A stretch of 32,000 nucleotides of DNA. Origin: Acaryochloris marina MBIC11017. Lineage in GTDB: Bacteria > Cyanobacteriota > Cyanobacteriia > Thermosynechococcales > Thermosynechococcaceae. Below the pieces are notes generated by a model that did not search any database, was not told the origin of the DNA, and saw nothing but the letters and a program-made list of their open reading frames with translations. The stretch lies in the NCBI RefSeq assembly GCF_000018105.1, contig NC_009928.1, forward strand, positions 180,001 to 212,000, written 5' to 3'. Position 1 is the stretch's first letter. Each line of letters starts with the position of its first letter. The position numbers and the translations under genes are program-made. This document shows, piece by piece, positions 7,930 through 16,086 of this stretch.

Positions 7930-8268
7930 CTAGCAATTTCCAACCCCTGGTTTTATATTCCACCGATCTGGCGAGCTTTTTGAACTTTGGGAAGCCAACA
8001 GGCTAATGCCTCGCTTGCAATTCTCATAGAATCGACTGGTTGAACTCCAAGCCCGCTCAGCAGATGCCTTTCGAGCCATAGAGTTGAGTTTTTAGCGAAA
8101 GGAAACTCATGGGCCAGGGATTTACACAACTTGTTTAAGTCGTATTTCCCCGTACCTCTGCTATCCATCCAGTATCGACTGGTTTATTACGAATGAACTG
8201 AGCTGTCCTGATGACTTCATCAATCGTATTCGTTGGAAGTTTACTAGTTCTTGCCTTAGACTTTAGTA
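7930..8268 (-). pseudogene. tnpB: TnpB (IS605 OrfB-type) N-terminal relic with multiple frameshifts
   Basis: Pieces in three frames match the cyanobacterial TnpB N-terminus: TIDEVIRTAQFIRNK, WMDSRGTGKYDLNKLCKSLAHEFPFA, LNSMARKASAERAWSS.SRFYENCK and FPKFKKLARSVEYKTRGWKL. It is truncated after about 120 codons. Confidence 0.75.
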
Positions 8269-8333
8269 CAATTATACTATTAAACTCGCATGTTCAACAT
8301 AACAATATGCTTTGAATTAAGTGCTACACGCAT

Positions 8334-8360
8334 CTCCAACTAATATTTGTATAGTTGGAG
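8334..8360. repeat. 9-bp stem hairpin upstream of the TnpB relic (possible IS605-type end structure)
   Basis: CTCCAACTA (8334-8342), 9-nt loop, TAGTTGGAG (8352-8360). Confidence 0.4.
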
Positions 8361-8442
8361 TCTTCAATCACATTCTCCAGATAATATGAGTTCCAAGCCT
8401 GACTAGCCCGTAATATCTTGATCAGCTTTAATGGAGGATTGG

Positions 8443-9318
8443 ATGGCATCGGCACAGCTTCAACATCACACCTACACCTGGCAATGGCAAAATCACACCA
8501 TAAACGTCGCCACTGAAACATTGGGCTCCGGTCCTTCCGTGTTACTGTTGCCCGCCTTTAGTACGGTATCTACTCGCGCAGAACTGACAACACTAGCTCA
8601 GGTTTTAGCCTCTCACTTTCAGGTTACGCTTCTAGACTGGCCGGGGTTTGGCGATTCCGACCGTCCTTCACTCCCGTATCAGCCGGAGTTCTATCGCCGC
8701 TTTCTGAAGGCATTTGTTCAAGATACCTTGCCTCAAGAGGTGGCTGTTGTGGCGGCAGGCCATGCTGCTGGCTATGCACTCGCCCTCCAGTCCTGGTCGC
8801 GAATGGTCTTGATTGCGCCGACCTGGCGAGGCCCACTGGCAGTTATGGGTGCCCCAGTAGCGGTGCGTCGAGGAATTCGCCAGCTAGTGATCGCACCTTT
8901 AATCGGTTCAGCACTGTATGGGCTGAATACTCGTCCAGGGTTCTTGAAATGGATGTATCGTCGCCATGTGTTTGTCGATGAAACCCAGTTGACCTCTGAA
9001 TTTATTACGCAGCGATATCAAAACACGCAGCAACCCGGTGCCCGATATGCACCGGCAGCCTTTGTTACAGGGGGCTTAGATCCAGTGGATGAGCGAGGGG
9101 AATTCTTAGCTGGCTTGGCGCAACAAGCTGGGCCAGTGATGGTGATCGTGGCGGAACAAGCCCCACCTGGCTCCAAAGCTGAAATGGAAGCGATGGTTCA
9201 ATTGCCGAATATCCAAGCTAATTACTTACCTGGAAGCCTGGGCATGGCAGAAGAGTTTGGTGACGAAATCGCATCAACTATCCAATTTTTCTTACAGGGA
9301 AACACAGCACTGACTTAG
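8443..9318 (+). CDS. Alpha/beta-hydrolase-fold protein lacking the canonical nucleophile
   Basis: Contains VLLLPAFSTVSTRAEL...LDWPGFGDSDRP. The nucleophile-elbow position reads GHAAG rather than GxSxG. The ATG at 8443 follows GGAGGA (8433-8438); the track start at 8431 is also an ATG. Confidence 0.8.
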   Translation: MASAQLQHHTYTWQWQNHTINVATETLGSGPSVLLLPAFSTVSTRAELTTLAQVLASHFQVTLLDWPGFGDSDRPSLPYQPEFYRRFLKAFVQDTLPQEVAVVAAGHAAGYALALQSWSRMVLIAPTWRGPLAVMGAPVAVRRGIRQLVIAPLIGSALYGLNTRPGFLKWMYRRHVFVDETQLTSEFITQRYQNTQQPGARYAPAAFVTGGLDPVDERGEFLAGLAQQAGPVMVIVAEQAPPGSKAEMEAMVQLPNIQANYLPGSLGMAEEFGDEIASTIQFFLQGNTALT

Positions 9319-9745
9319 TTATTGACTCTTAATGAGATACTTCTCAGAGTAACTCTCCATTTAAAAGCTATTGATTAATTGGTGTTTGGTAGCTAATTTC
9401 ACTGTCGCATCAACTTACATTGCCTGATTATTCTCTGATTATCATATTTTTTGATGTTTTAAAATCCTACTGCGGTCTTTTTCGGCACTTTACCTACTCC
9501 TTTATGGTTTCTAGGATTTATATTTTTTACTTAATCAATCCCATAAATAACCTCAATGGTTAGCTTTCATTTTCAATATTTATATTAATCATAGGTGTTT
9601 TCTTGGTGATTAAGTTAACACTAGACTAATCGCGAGGTAAATTTGACTAAAAATATAAGGGAGCCTCATAGGTGAGTGTGAATAGGTATTGAAAATGACC
9701 AATGCGGGATCAGAATCTTCCTCTACCATGTCTATGCATCCTGCT

Positions 9746-11047
9746 CGCCTGACACATCTCTGTATCGTTACCCCTATAAGATTTTGCACTGTAACGAGCG
9801 AATTCGAGAAAATCAGATTTTATCGTAGTACTTCTTTTAAGCTTTCTTGGAGGCAAAACACGGTTGTGGGTCATTCATGAGCAGGGGAATTGGCATTAAC
9901 AACTGGCGTCCTTTATTAACGACCCCCTTGAGCCATCGCAGTCCAATTTTGAGATAACTGATTCCCCGTCGCCAATGCGGATCCACTTGCTCACGCAGTC
10001 CTTCAATTTGAACAGCCATCCCGTGAGTGGTGCTGTAAAGCAGTGCTACTGCAGCGACCAAGTAAAGTCGTTCAAGGGCATCAGCACAGCGAATTTTTGA
10101 GTCTTCTAGTTCAAAAGCTCCAGATTTGCTATCGAGAAATAATTCTTCCACCCGAAACCTCAAAGCGTATTGCCACAAGGTCTGTAGCGTGGGTGATTCA
10201 TCCGTAATCACCGCCCATGGCTCTTTCACACCTCGAATATTAGCCAGCACCAGATTGCACCGACATACACCATCTTCCCAAAGACCCACATTGCGATAGA
10301 GGATTGCTTCACCTTTCGATGGCCACAATCTACGGACTTCCCTTGGGCATCGACGTGGACCATGGAGGATAACATCGCAAGGGATACGTAGACAGTAATG
10401 CCAACGGCTCTGCTGTAACCAGCTCATCAGTTGATGGTTCGCAAACCCACGATCTGCCAACAGCATCACATCTGGATGCTTTCGTAAGAACCAACGGGCT
10501 CGACGCAAGAGGGGTTGATATTCCTCGAAGCCGACAGCCGCACTTTTGTGCGCTAACACCAGCCATAAAAATGGCACAGCTCTGCCACAGCAGACGACCG
10601 ATAGATGAATCATGCAATATTGATTCCACAAAACCGTTGTATCCAATGCCAGATAAAGACGATGGGATTACCGGTCTTTGAGCGCTAGCAGGACCAGAGG
10701 CACATAAGTTTGTTGATATCAATACGTTTATTGGATATGAATCGATGCCAGCGACGCTCGACACTCTGGGCTTTTTTTGCTCGACTCGGAACATAAGATT
10801 CCCAGGCAGACAAGCTTAATTGACCACTACAAATTAATGCACTCAGCATCCACGCTAGGGCAATGATATGACGCAGGTCTCGATAATGGCTGTATTGACG
10901 CAGAAAGGAGAAAAGTTGACTGTAAATTGCAGTGGAATGAGATATGTGGACATAGCTAATTTTTAGTGGAATCTAGCTTCACATGTTCTCTTCACTTTCT
11001 CTTGAAAGTCTTATAGATCAAGCCTCTATGGCACTTATGTCAGGCAG
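9746..11047 (-). mobile_element. IS4-family insertion sequence, degraded
   Basis: The end ...CTTATGTCAGGCAG (11034-11047) recurs at 17441-17454. The opposite end carries an imperfect inverted match, CGCCTGACACAT, at about 9746-9757. Confidence 0.7.
9837..10953 (-). pseudogene. IS4-family DDE transposase with frameshifts and an internal stop
   Basis: The N-terminal piece YSQLFSFLRQYSHYRDLRHIIALAWMLSALICSGQLSLSAWESYVPSRAKKAQSVERRWHRF is in a different frame from 9837-10646 (LALDTTVLWNQYCMIHLSVV...LADRGFANHQLMSWL...LFLDSKSGAFELEDS). The ATG at 10953 is out of frame with the conserved frame. Confidence 0.8.
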
Positions 11048-11377
11048 ACAGTTTGAAACAGTCCTGACTCTGGAGCTTCATAAACTTCAGTTTTTTAAAA
11101 TGTGTGTTGCTAAGGCTTATTCTTGCATTGTCAAAATAAGCCTATTGATCCTTTCTCAGGATTGCAGAAGCTTTGACTTTTACCGCTAATCAAAACTAAC
11201 TCAACCTCAGATTAGTTAAGTATCCTGAGGCTTTATCAAGCTTGGTCATGATTATAGCTTTGTTCTATTCCTCATTTGAATCTATTTCAATATTTATTAA
11301 CTGATGATCAAGTTTTAATTGTAAGAGGGAATAGATGGGAAAACAAAACTGTAACTCAAAAAACAGGAGAAATAATC

Positions 11378-11773
11378 ATGTCTGCAAAAACATTGATTCC
11401 TCAAATTCCTTTGCTTGACATAGGAGATTGGTGTTCTTTTAATGTCCCATATGGCCAGGGAAAATTTAAACATAAAGGTATCCAAGTTCAATTTAAAGGA
11501 TATGAGTCAGTAGCAATCATGAGTGTTGTTATGTGGCCAGCATCTTATGATATTAATCTTGCCTTGACTCATAAAGAAAAAGAAAAAATGGTAACACTTT
11601 ACAGGCATACTGATATTTCGGAACCTCCTTGCTTATCGAATGAACAAATGCTTGACATAGCTAAACAAGTAGGGTCAGATTTGCTAGAAGAGCTAGTCAA
11701 ACAATGCCTTACTGAAGATCTTGAGAAAAGGTATCCATGGATTCATAATCCTGATTTTTCTGTAGGAGAATAG
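11378..11773 (+). CDS. Hypothetical protein (131 aa), AT-rich block
   Basis: The ATG at 11378 is preceded by AGGAGA (11365-11370). No motif recognised. Confidence 0.55.
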   Translation: MSAKTLIPQIPLLDIGDWCSFNVPYGQGKFKHKGIQVQFKGYESVAIMSVVMWPASYDINLALTHKEKEKMVTLYRHTDISEPPCLSNEQMLDIAKQVGSDLLEELVKQCLTEDLEKRYPWIHNPDFSVGE

Positions 11774-12453
11774 AGATGCTGATTGCCTGAGCGGATACAA
11801 ACCATCAATCGATCGATGATTTGATTGACACTTTGGGAAAGGTTATTACTTTTTCTCTAATCGTTCACATTTGTGGCTCTCATCAATATCTATAGCTGCA
11901 ATAATTCATTAGTTATCTCAATTCATACCTTTCACGTACAATCTCAGAACAAGAACAATATTCCTTAACCACATCTCGAGATATTGAGGAAATTCGCCAA
12001 AACTATAACAGCGATGCAAAGAAAATGCGGGTTAAAGCCGCCAAAGCTAGAATTTCAGCTCGACGCAAAGCGGAACGAGATGCTCGGGAAAGAGCGGCAA
12101 TTGAGAAGATTCCACCGGAGCATCAGTATGTGCCTGATCAGGCCAGACAACCATCCTGATCGGATAACCTGAGACATACACAGATACTCTTTCCATCAGT
12201 CAACCCAGTAATACTCGCAGCTATTCTAGGTGTCCTAGTACAGAGTATTCTCATCTAAGTTCATCTCATCTGAGTCATTGCCCAGGTTTTCGACCTCGGG
12301 GTACTTGAGTTGACACTGTTGGCGAATTATTCCGAGATGATCTCAGAAGGCTGAAATAGCTTCTAAAAATTGATGCAGTTAGTCTTTCGTAGATTTAGGT
12401 ATGGTACTGCTAAAACTCAAAATCAATCAGGCGCTGCTCAATGACGGGATGAC

Positions 12454-13159
12454 TCACGCAGGAATAGGTACTTCCCCAAACTTGAGATAGTGGATCAATA
12501 GTCGAATTGAATGCTTGAGCATGTCCACCGACTTTGAATAACATAAAGTCTTACGATGAAGCCGTGCCAAGTAATGTCGTAAACGCGTGTTTTCTCCCTC
12601 TACTCGTGTCATGTAGGTCTTGCTAACAATCTGGTCACCCTCTGGGATAAAGCCTGGATAGACGGGATTGCCATCACTGACCCAGAAGAAACATTACCAA
12701 CAGACGATTGCTTGCCATAACGGTCGAAAGGTCTCAGCACTATGGTCACCCACAACCCAGCCTAGAATGCCGGCAATGGTCTATTAAGAGGATTTAGATT
12801 CTCGTAGCCTTTATTAAATAAGCATTTGAGCCTTCTATCTCCACTTACTTTGAAGACTATAGACCAAAAGGGTTTTGAACTTGTAGATCCTCTTAAGAAA
12901 CCAGTTCCAGAATGCCAGGGTGAAAATGATCCACCACTGTCCAAATCCAGACCTTGTTGCGTTTTTTGCCCACAAAGGTTTCAAGTTCATCTAATTCTCC
13001 GACCTGTGGGATATCGTCGGGTTCATAAGCATCAGGTAATAGAACTCCAACTTGTTGAACCCAATGAATCACAGTGGTATGAGCAACGCCTATGACTCGT
13101 TCGATACCTTCAACCCCATTCCATTGACATACATTCTCAGGCAGAGTCGTTTCGTCCAA
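12454..13159 (-). pseudogene. IS1 InsB-like transposase, interrupted by a MITE and an in-frame TAA
   Basis: Reads ...VWIWTVVDHFHPGIL, then a 137-bp insert, then GWVVGDHSAETFRPLWQAIVCW, TAA, CFFWVSDGNPVYPGFIPEGDQIVSKTYMTRVEGENTRLRHYLARLHRKTLCYSKS...HYLKF. Confidence 0.85.
12772..12908. mobile_element. 137-bp MITE with terminal inverted repeats and an 8-bp target-site duplication
   Basis: The left end is GGCAATGGTCTATTAAGAGGATTTAGA. The reverse complement of the right end is GGAACTGGTTTCTTAAGAGGATCTACA, about 21/27 matching. It is flanked by AGAATGCC at 12764-12771 and 12909-12916. Confidence 0.8.
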
Positions 13160-13287
13160 TCACTGTATTCACGCTTTGAGCAAGTTGAAAGAAACTGTCG
13201 TCCACAGGTCACACAGATATGATTTTGTTTACCTCGACGATGCCCATTCTTATGGATATGTTGACCACCACACTCTGGACACTTCAT
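13090..13287 (-). CDS. insA: IS1 InsA-like protein (zinc-finger plus HTH N-terminal ORF)
   Basis: Begins MKCPECGGQHIHKNGHRRGKQNHICVTCGRQF, a CxxC...CxxC arrangement typical of InsA. Confidence 0.75.
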   Translation of the reverse strand: MKCPECGGQHIHKNGHRRGKQNHICVTCGRQFLSTCSKREYSDWTKRLCLRMYVNGMGLKVSNES

Positions 13288-13374
13288 ACAGATTCCTCAT
13301 GATGTTCGAAATAGTCATGAGGTTATCCTGACGCAATAAAATTCATCCCGTCATTGAGCAACGCCACAAAACTG

Positions 13375-13407
13375 TTCACCTCCAACATTCGTAGACTCTG
13401 AGGTGAA
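13375..13407 (-). terminator. Hairpin plus T-run downstream of the E1-like gene
   Basis: TTCACCTC (13375-13382), 17-nt loop, GAGGTGAA (13400-13407). On the minus strand the stem is followed by CAGTTTTGT. It lies between the E1-like stop (13489) and the IS1 end (13365). Confidence 0.5.
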
Positions 13408-13488
13408 GATGATAAATGAAGAAAAAGAATAAGCTTATATTGAGAAGAGGAATTATGTTATTAGCTTATAAATTATAATTCATGTATT

Positions 13489-14769
13489 TCATTTAAAAAT
13501 ATTGTCATCGCTTAAGTCAGATTCTTCTATCTCAGCACATACAGGACAATAGGGATTGCGTTCAATTTTAGCGCCATACCAACGTAAAATTGAGGGCTTT
13601 TGAGAACCATATTCCATTATCTGATAGTTTGAATAAGCAAGTTCTCGGCGATTTGCCCAAATATAAAAATCTGCTATTAGGTCTTTTTCAAGTGAAGTTA
13701 ATCCACTTTCTTTGTTTTTAGATAATTCTAACAAAGCAAGCTTAACAATCATATTAGAAATAGGTTGAATGTCGGAAGATAACCCAACTTGTATCGTTGC
13801 TTCAACCCTGTCATCTGAGACATAGTCAGGCATTTCATTGCGGGCTTGCTTAAAATGAGAAACTTCATCTGGAAAGCTATTGGCGAATTCCTTCGTAAAC
13901 ACACATGCTAAACATGGGCCAAGTCTTGGACGAACTCTTAAAACATCCCCACCTACGGCTCTAGTAATTGCTCTTCCAAAAATAGTTGTTATAGAATGAT
14001 CCAAGGCAAACTGATTAATATTAAATCGACTTCTGTTATTATCAGTTGCACCAATAATTAAGTTGCATTGTTTAAGTTCTTTACTAACTTTAGACAAATC
14101 AGTATTAATATCAACCTCATAGGTCTCAACTTCAATGTATGGATTTTTAGCTAACAGTAAATCTTTAATTGCTTTAGTTTTGAATCGCCCTAAATCATTA
14201 ATACCACAAATATGTCTCGATATATTTGATAATTCTAGTCTATCAAAATCAACTAAAATAAATTTTCCAACGCCTGCTTTAGCTAACTCTATCGCTACTG
14301 ATGATCCTCCACTCCCTAACCCAATTAATCCTACATTAGAAGCATTAAGTATCGAGGTCTCCAAGAGACCTTTACTACGAGAGTAAATTTCTGAAATTCC
14401 AGGCACAATTTTTATAATTCCTTCAAAAATTTCTGCTTCAATTACTATAAAGACTCTAAATGCCTGTTCATTAGCGAATAATATAATGATTCTTGAATCA
14501 TCATGGTCATTAATGTCAGTATCCCGGTAAGTTTTTTTAGCAAATTTTATACACTTTTCTTTATCAGAAATATCATCAAAAATTCTTGCAACAGCTCTTT
14601 TTGGGGTACCTGAGAAGTGAATCTTAGGTAAATCACTATAAATATGATAGACTTCTCCTTCATCCAAACAGTAAGAAAATAGATTGAGACAATCAGATTT
14701 TGAGTTCTTTAGCTTATTAAAGATTTCACTTATTTCATCATTAAATATATATATTAAAGGTAATTCCAT
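13489..14769 (-). CDS. E1/ThiF/MoeB-superfamily adenylyltransferase with an unassigned ~125-aa N-terminal domain
   Basis: 426 aa. Core motifs are YSR (129-131), GLGSGG (150-155), VDFD (173-176), NISRH (182-186) and GATDN (240-244). Two CxxC pairs are C286/C289 and C408/C411, with no Cys between residues 290 and 407. AT-rich codon usage. Confidence 0.85.
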   Translation of the reverse strand: MELPLIYIFNDEISEIFNKLKNSKSDCLNLFSYCLDEGEVYHIYSDLPKIHFSGTPKRAVARIFDDISDKEKCIKFAKKTYRDTDINDHDDSRIIILFANEQAFRVFIVIEAEIFEGIIKIVPGISEIYSRSKGLLETSILNASNVGLIGLGSGGSSVAIELAKAGVGKFILVDFDRLELSNISRHICGINDLGRFKTKAIKDLLLAKNPYIEVETYEVDINTDLSKVSKELKQCNLIIGATDNNRSRFNINQFALDHSITTIFGRAITRAVGGDVLRVRPRLGPCLACVFTKEFANSFPDEVSHFKQARNEMPDYVSDDRVEATIQVGLSSDIQPISNMIVKLALLELSKNKESGLTSLEKDLIADFYIWANRRELAYSNYQIMEYGSQKPSILRWYGAKIERNPYCPVCAEIEESDLSDDNIFK

Positions 14770-15013
14770 TATAATATTCTCAAAACGAAAATTTTAAAAA
14801 ACTAATTGGATCTAATTTGATTTCAAAAATCTAAATAAATATCTAAAATCATTGAGCCTGAAGTTTTTTCTAAATATCATAGATAAGCCAATAAATACAT
14901 TCTATCTAGTAGGAAAAATTCTACATACTTAGAGATTTAGACTAAAAAATTCTATACAGACTCAACTTATCATATTAAATAATATTATATTTTATTTGAT
15001 AGAACTGATTAAA

Positions 15014-15667
15014 TTATGAATCATTATCCATATTACACAATTCTAAAAAAGCAAGACGGGCTCGTGCACTCACTGCAAAATCAGGATCCTTGCTTTCAAT
15101 AGATCTAACATGAGATTTAATCTTAAATTTTATTTGTTCATTTTCATCTGTCATTAACCTATATTGCAACTGTAAACCCACAATTGCTGAATATCTCACA
15201 GCCCATTCCTCATCTTTCTCGCTAATGGAAAGTAGAGTTTCTAAAACTTCTAATTCTCGAGGATCTAAAGAATTTTTTGGCTTTATTGGCCACTGTATCT
15301 CACCCAAACCTTTCGCAGCAGTGCGCCTTACACTAGGAGAGAAATCTGTGGTCGCGGCCTTTAATAAGACATCTACACTCCTTGGATCACCAATACCCGC
15401 TAATGCTCTTATTGCCCAAGCTTTTGCAGTGTAGTTTTGATTATTGATTTCCTCCATGAGTGCAGGTACAGATTCTTTACCAATTTTTACTAGACCTTTA
15501 ACAGCTGCAACTGCTGCACCTGGATTATTGTAACTAAGCACAGAAATCAAAGTTGGTATTGATTCGTCACTACATGCTTTTGATAAACTTGATACTGCAA
15601 CTAGTAATTTAATTGAAGAATCTGCCTTTTCTACATCATTTATCAAGTCAGAAATTGATTTGCTCAT
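15014..15667 (-). CDS. HEAT-repeat protein of the PBS-lyase (CpcE/NblB-like) repeat type
   Basis: 217 aa with consecutive repeats, for example NPGAAVAAVKGLVKIGKESVPALMEEI, TAKAWAIRALAGIGDPRSVDVLLKAA, SPSVRRTAAKGLGEI and EWAVRYSAIVGL. Confidence 0.8.
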   Translation of the reverse strand: MSKSISDLINDVEKADSSIKLLVAVSSLSKACSDESIPTLISVLSYNNPGAAVAAVKGLVKIGKESVPALMEEINNQNYTAKAWAIRALAGIGDPRSVDVLLKAATTDFSPSVRRTAAKGLGEIQWPIKPKNSLDPRELEVLETLLSISEKDEEWAVRYSAIVGLQLQYRLMTDENEQIKFKIKSHVRSIESKDPDFAVSARARLAFLELCNMDNDS

Positions 15668-15821
15668 GTCTTATTTTTTTACTAACTTAAATCATTTGAA
15701 TTTCAAAATTTAAAATTTTTCTTTTCCTTGTTTCCATAAGCAGACAAAAAAGATATTTTGTATTTTACAATCTATTATAGTTGCAAACATGTTTTTTACT
15801 AATAATAGATAAAATCAGATA

Positions 15822-15878
15822 CAATATTATCAAAACGACCTTTGAAGTTGTCCCGCAAAAGTCGTTTTGATAATATTG
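15822..15878. promoter_or_regulatory. Perfect 18-bp inverted repeat with a 21-nt spacer, in the divergent intergenic region
   Basis: CAATATTATCAAAACGAC (15822-15839) pairs with GTCGTTTTGATAATATTG (15861-15878). It lies upstream of the HEAT gene near the edge of the AT-rich block. Confidence 0.45.
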
Positions 15879-15908
15879 ATAACCTATTTGTTAACAGTGG
15901 CATCAAAA

Positions 15909-15936
15909 TGCCGACCTAAATGAAGCTTGGTCGGCA
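15909..15936 (-). terminator. Terminator-like hairpin (8-bp stem) followed by TTTTGATG on the minus strand
   Basis: TGCCGACC (15909-15916), 12-nt loop, GGTCGGCA (15929-15936). The plus strand upstream reads CATCAAAA. No minus-strand gene upstream of it was found. Confidence 0.3.
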
Positions 15937-16086
15937 GAATTGAAATCAATATTTAAGGGCTGGCAATATAAATCTTTGCCAACAATATTTATAGGCTTGT
16001 TTCTATGATCTCCTAAAAAGGTGAACTTCGCTAGAGGGGAAATACCCACAGTACTTTGATCAATGAGATATTGCCCTCGATCTATT

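Larger units (their letters stand above)
12430..13365 (-). mobile_element. IS1-family insertion sequence, inactivated
   Basis: Terminal inverted repeats are GGCGCTGCTCAATGACGGGATGA (12430-12452) and TCATCCCGTCATTGAGCAACGCC (13343-13365). It holds InsA-like and InsB-like coding remnants. I saw no obvious target duplication. Confidence 0.85.

Noticed and set aside
10330-10794. 154-aa minus-strand ORF.
   Set aside because: It is an out-of-frame reading across the frameshifted IS4-family transposase pseudogene, not an independent gene.
11980-12172. Two overlapping open frames: the track ORF 11984-12172, and an alternative frame encoding ...DIEEIRQNYNSDAKKMRVKAAKARISARRKAERDARERAAIEKIPPEHQYVPDQARQPS that ends at 12159.
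   Set aside because: Neither has a convincing start or RBS. The alternative frame has no start codon until the Met at 12025. Probably a gene remnant, and I cannot decide which frame, if either, is real.
12762-13095. ORFs 12762-12944 (minus strand) and 12826-13095 (plus strand).
   Set aside because: They run through the MITE and the IS1 transposase in wrong frames or on the wrong strand.
14135-15434. Plus-strand ORFs 14135-14386 and 15225-15434.
   Set aside because: They are antisense to the E1-like and HEAT-repeat genes, whose motifs are unambiguous.
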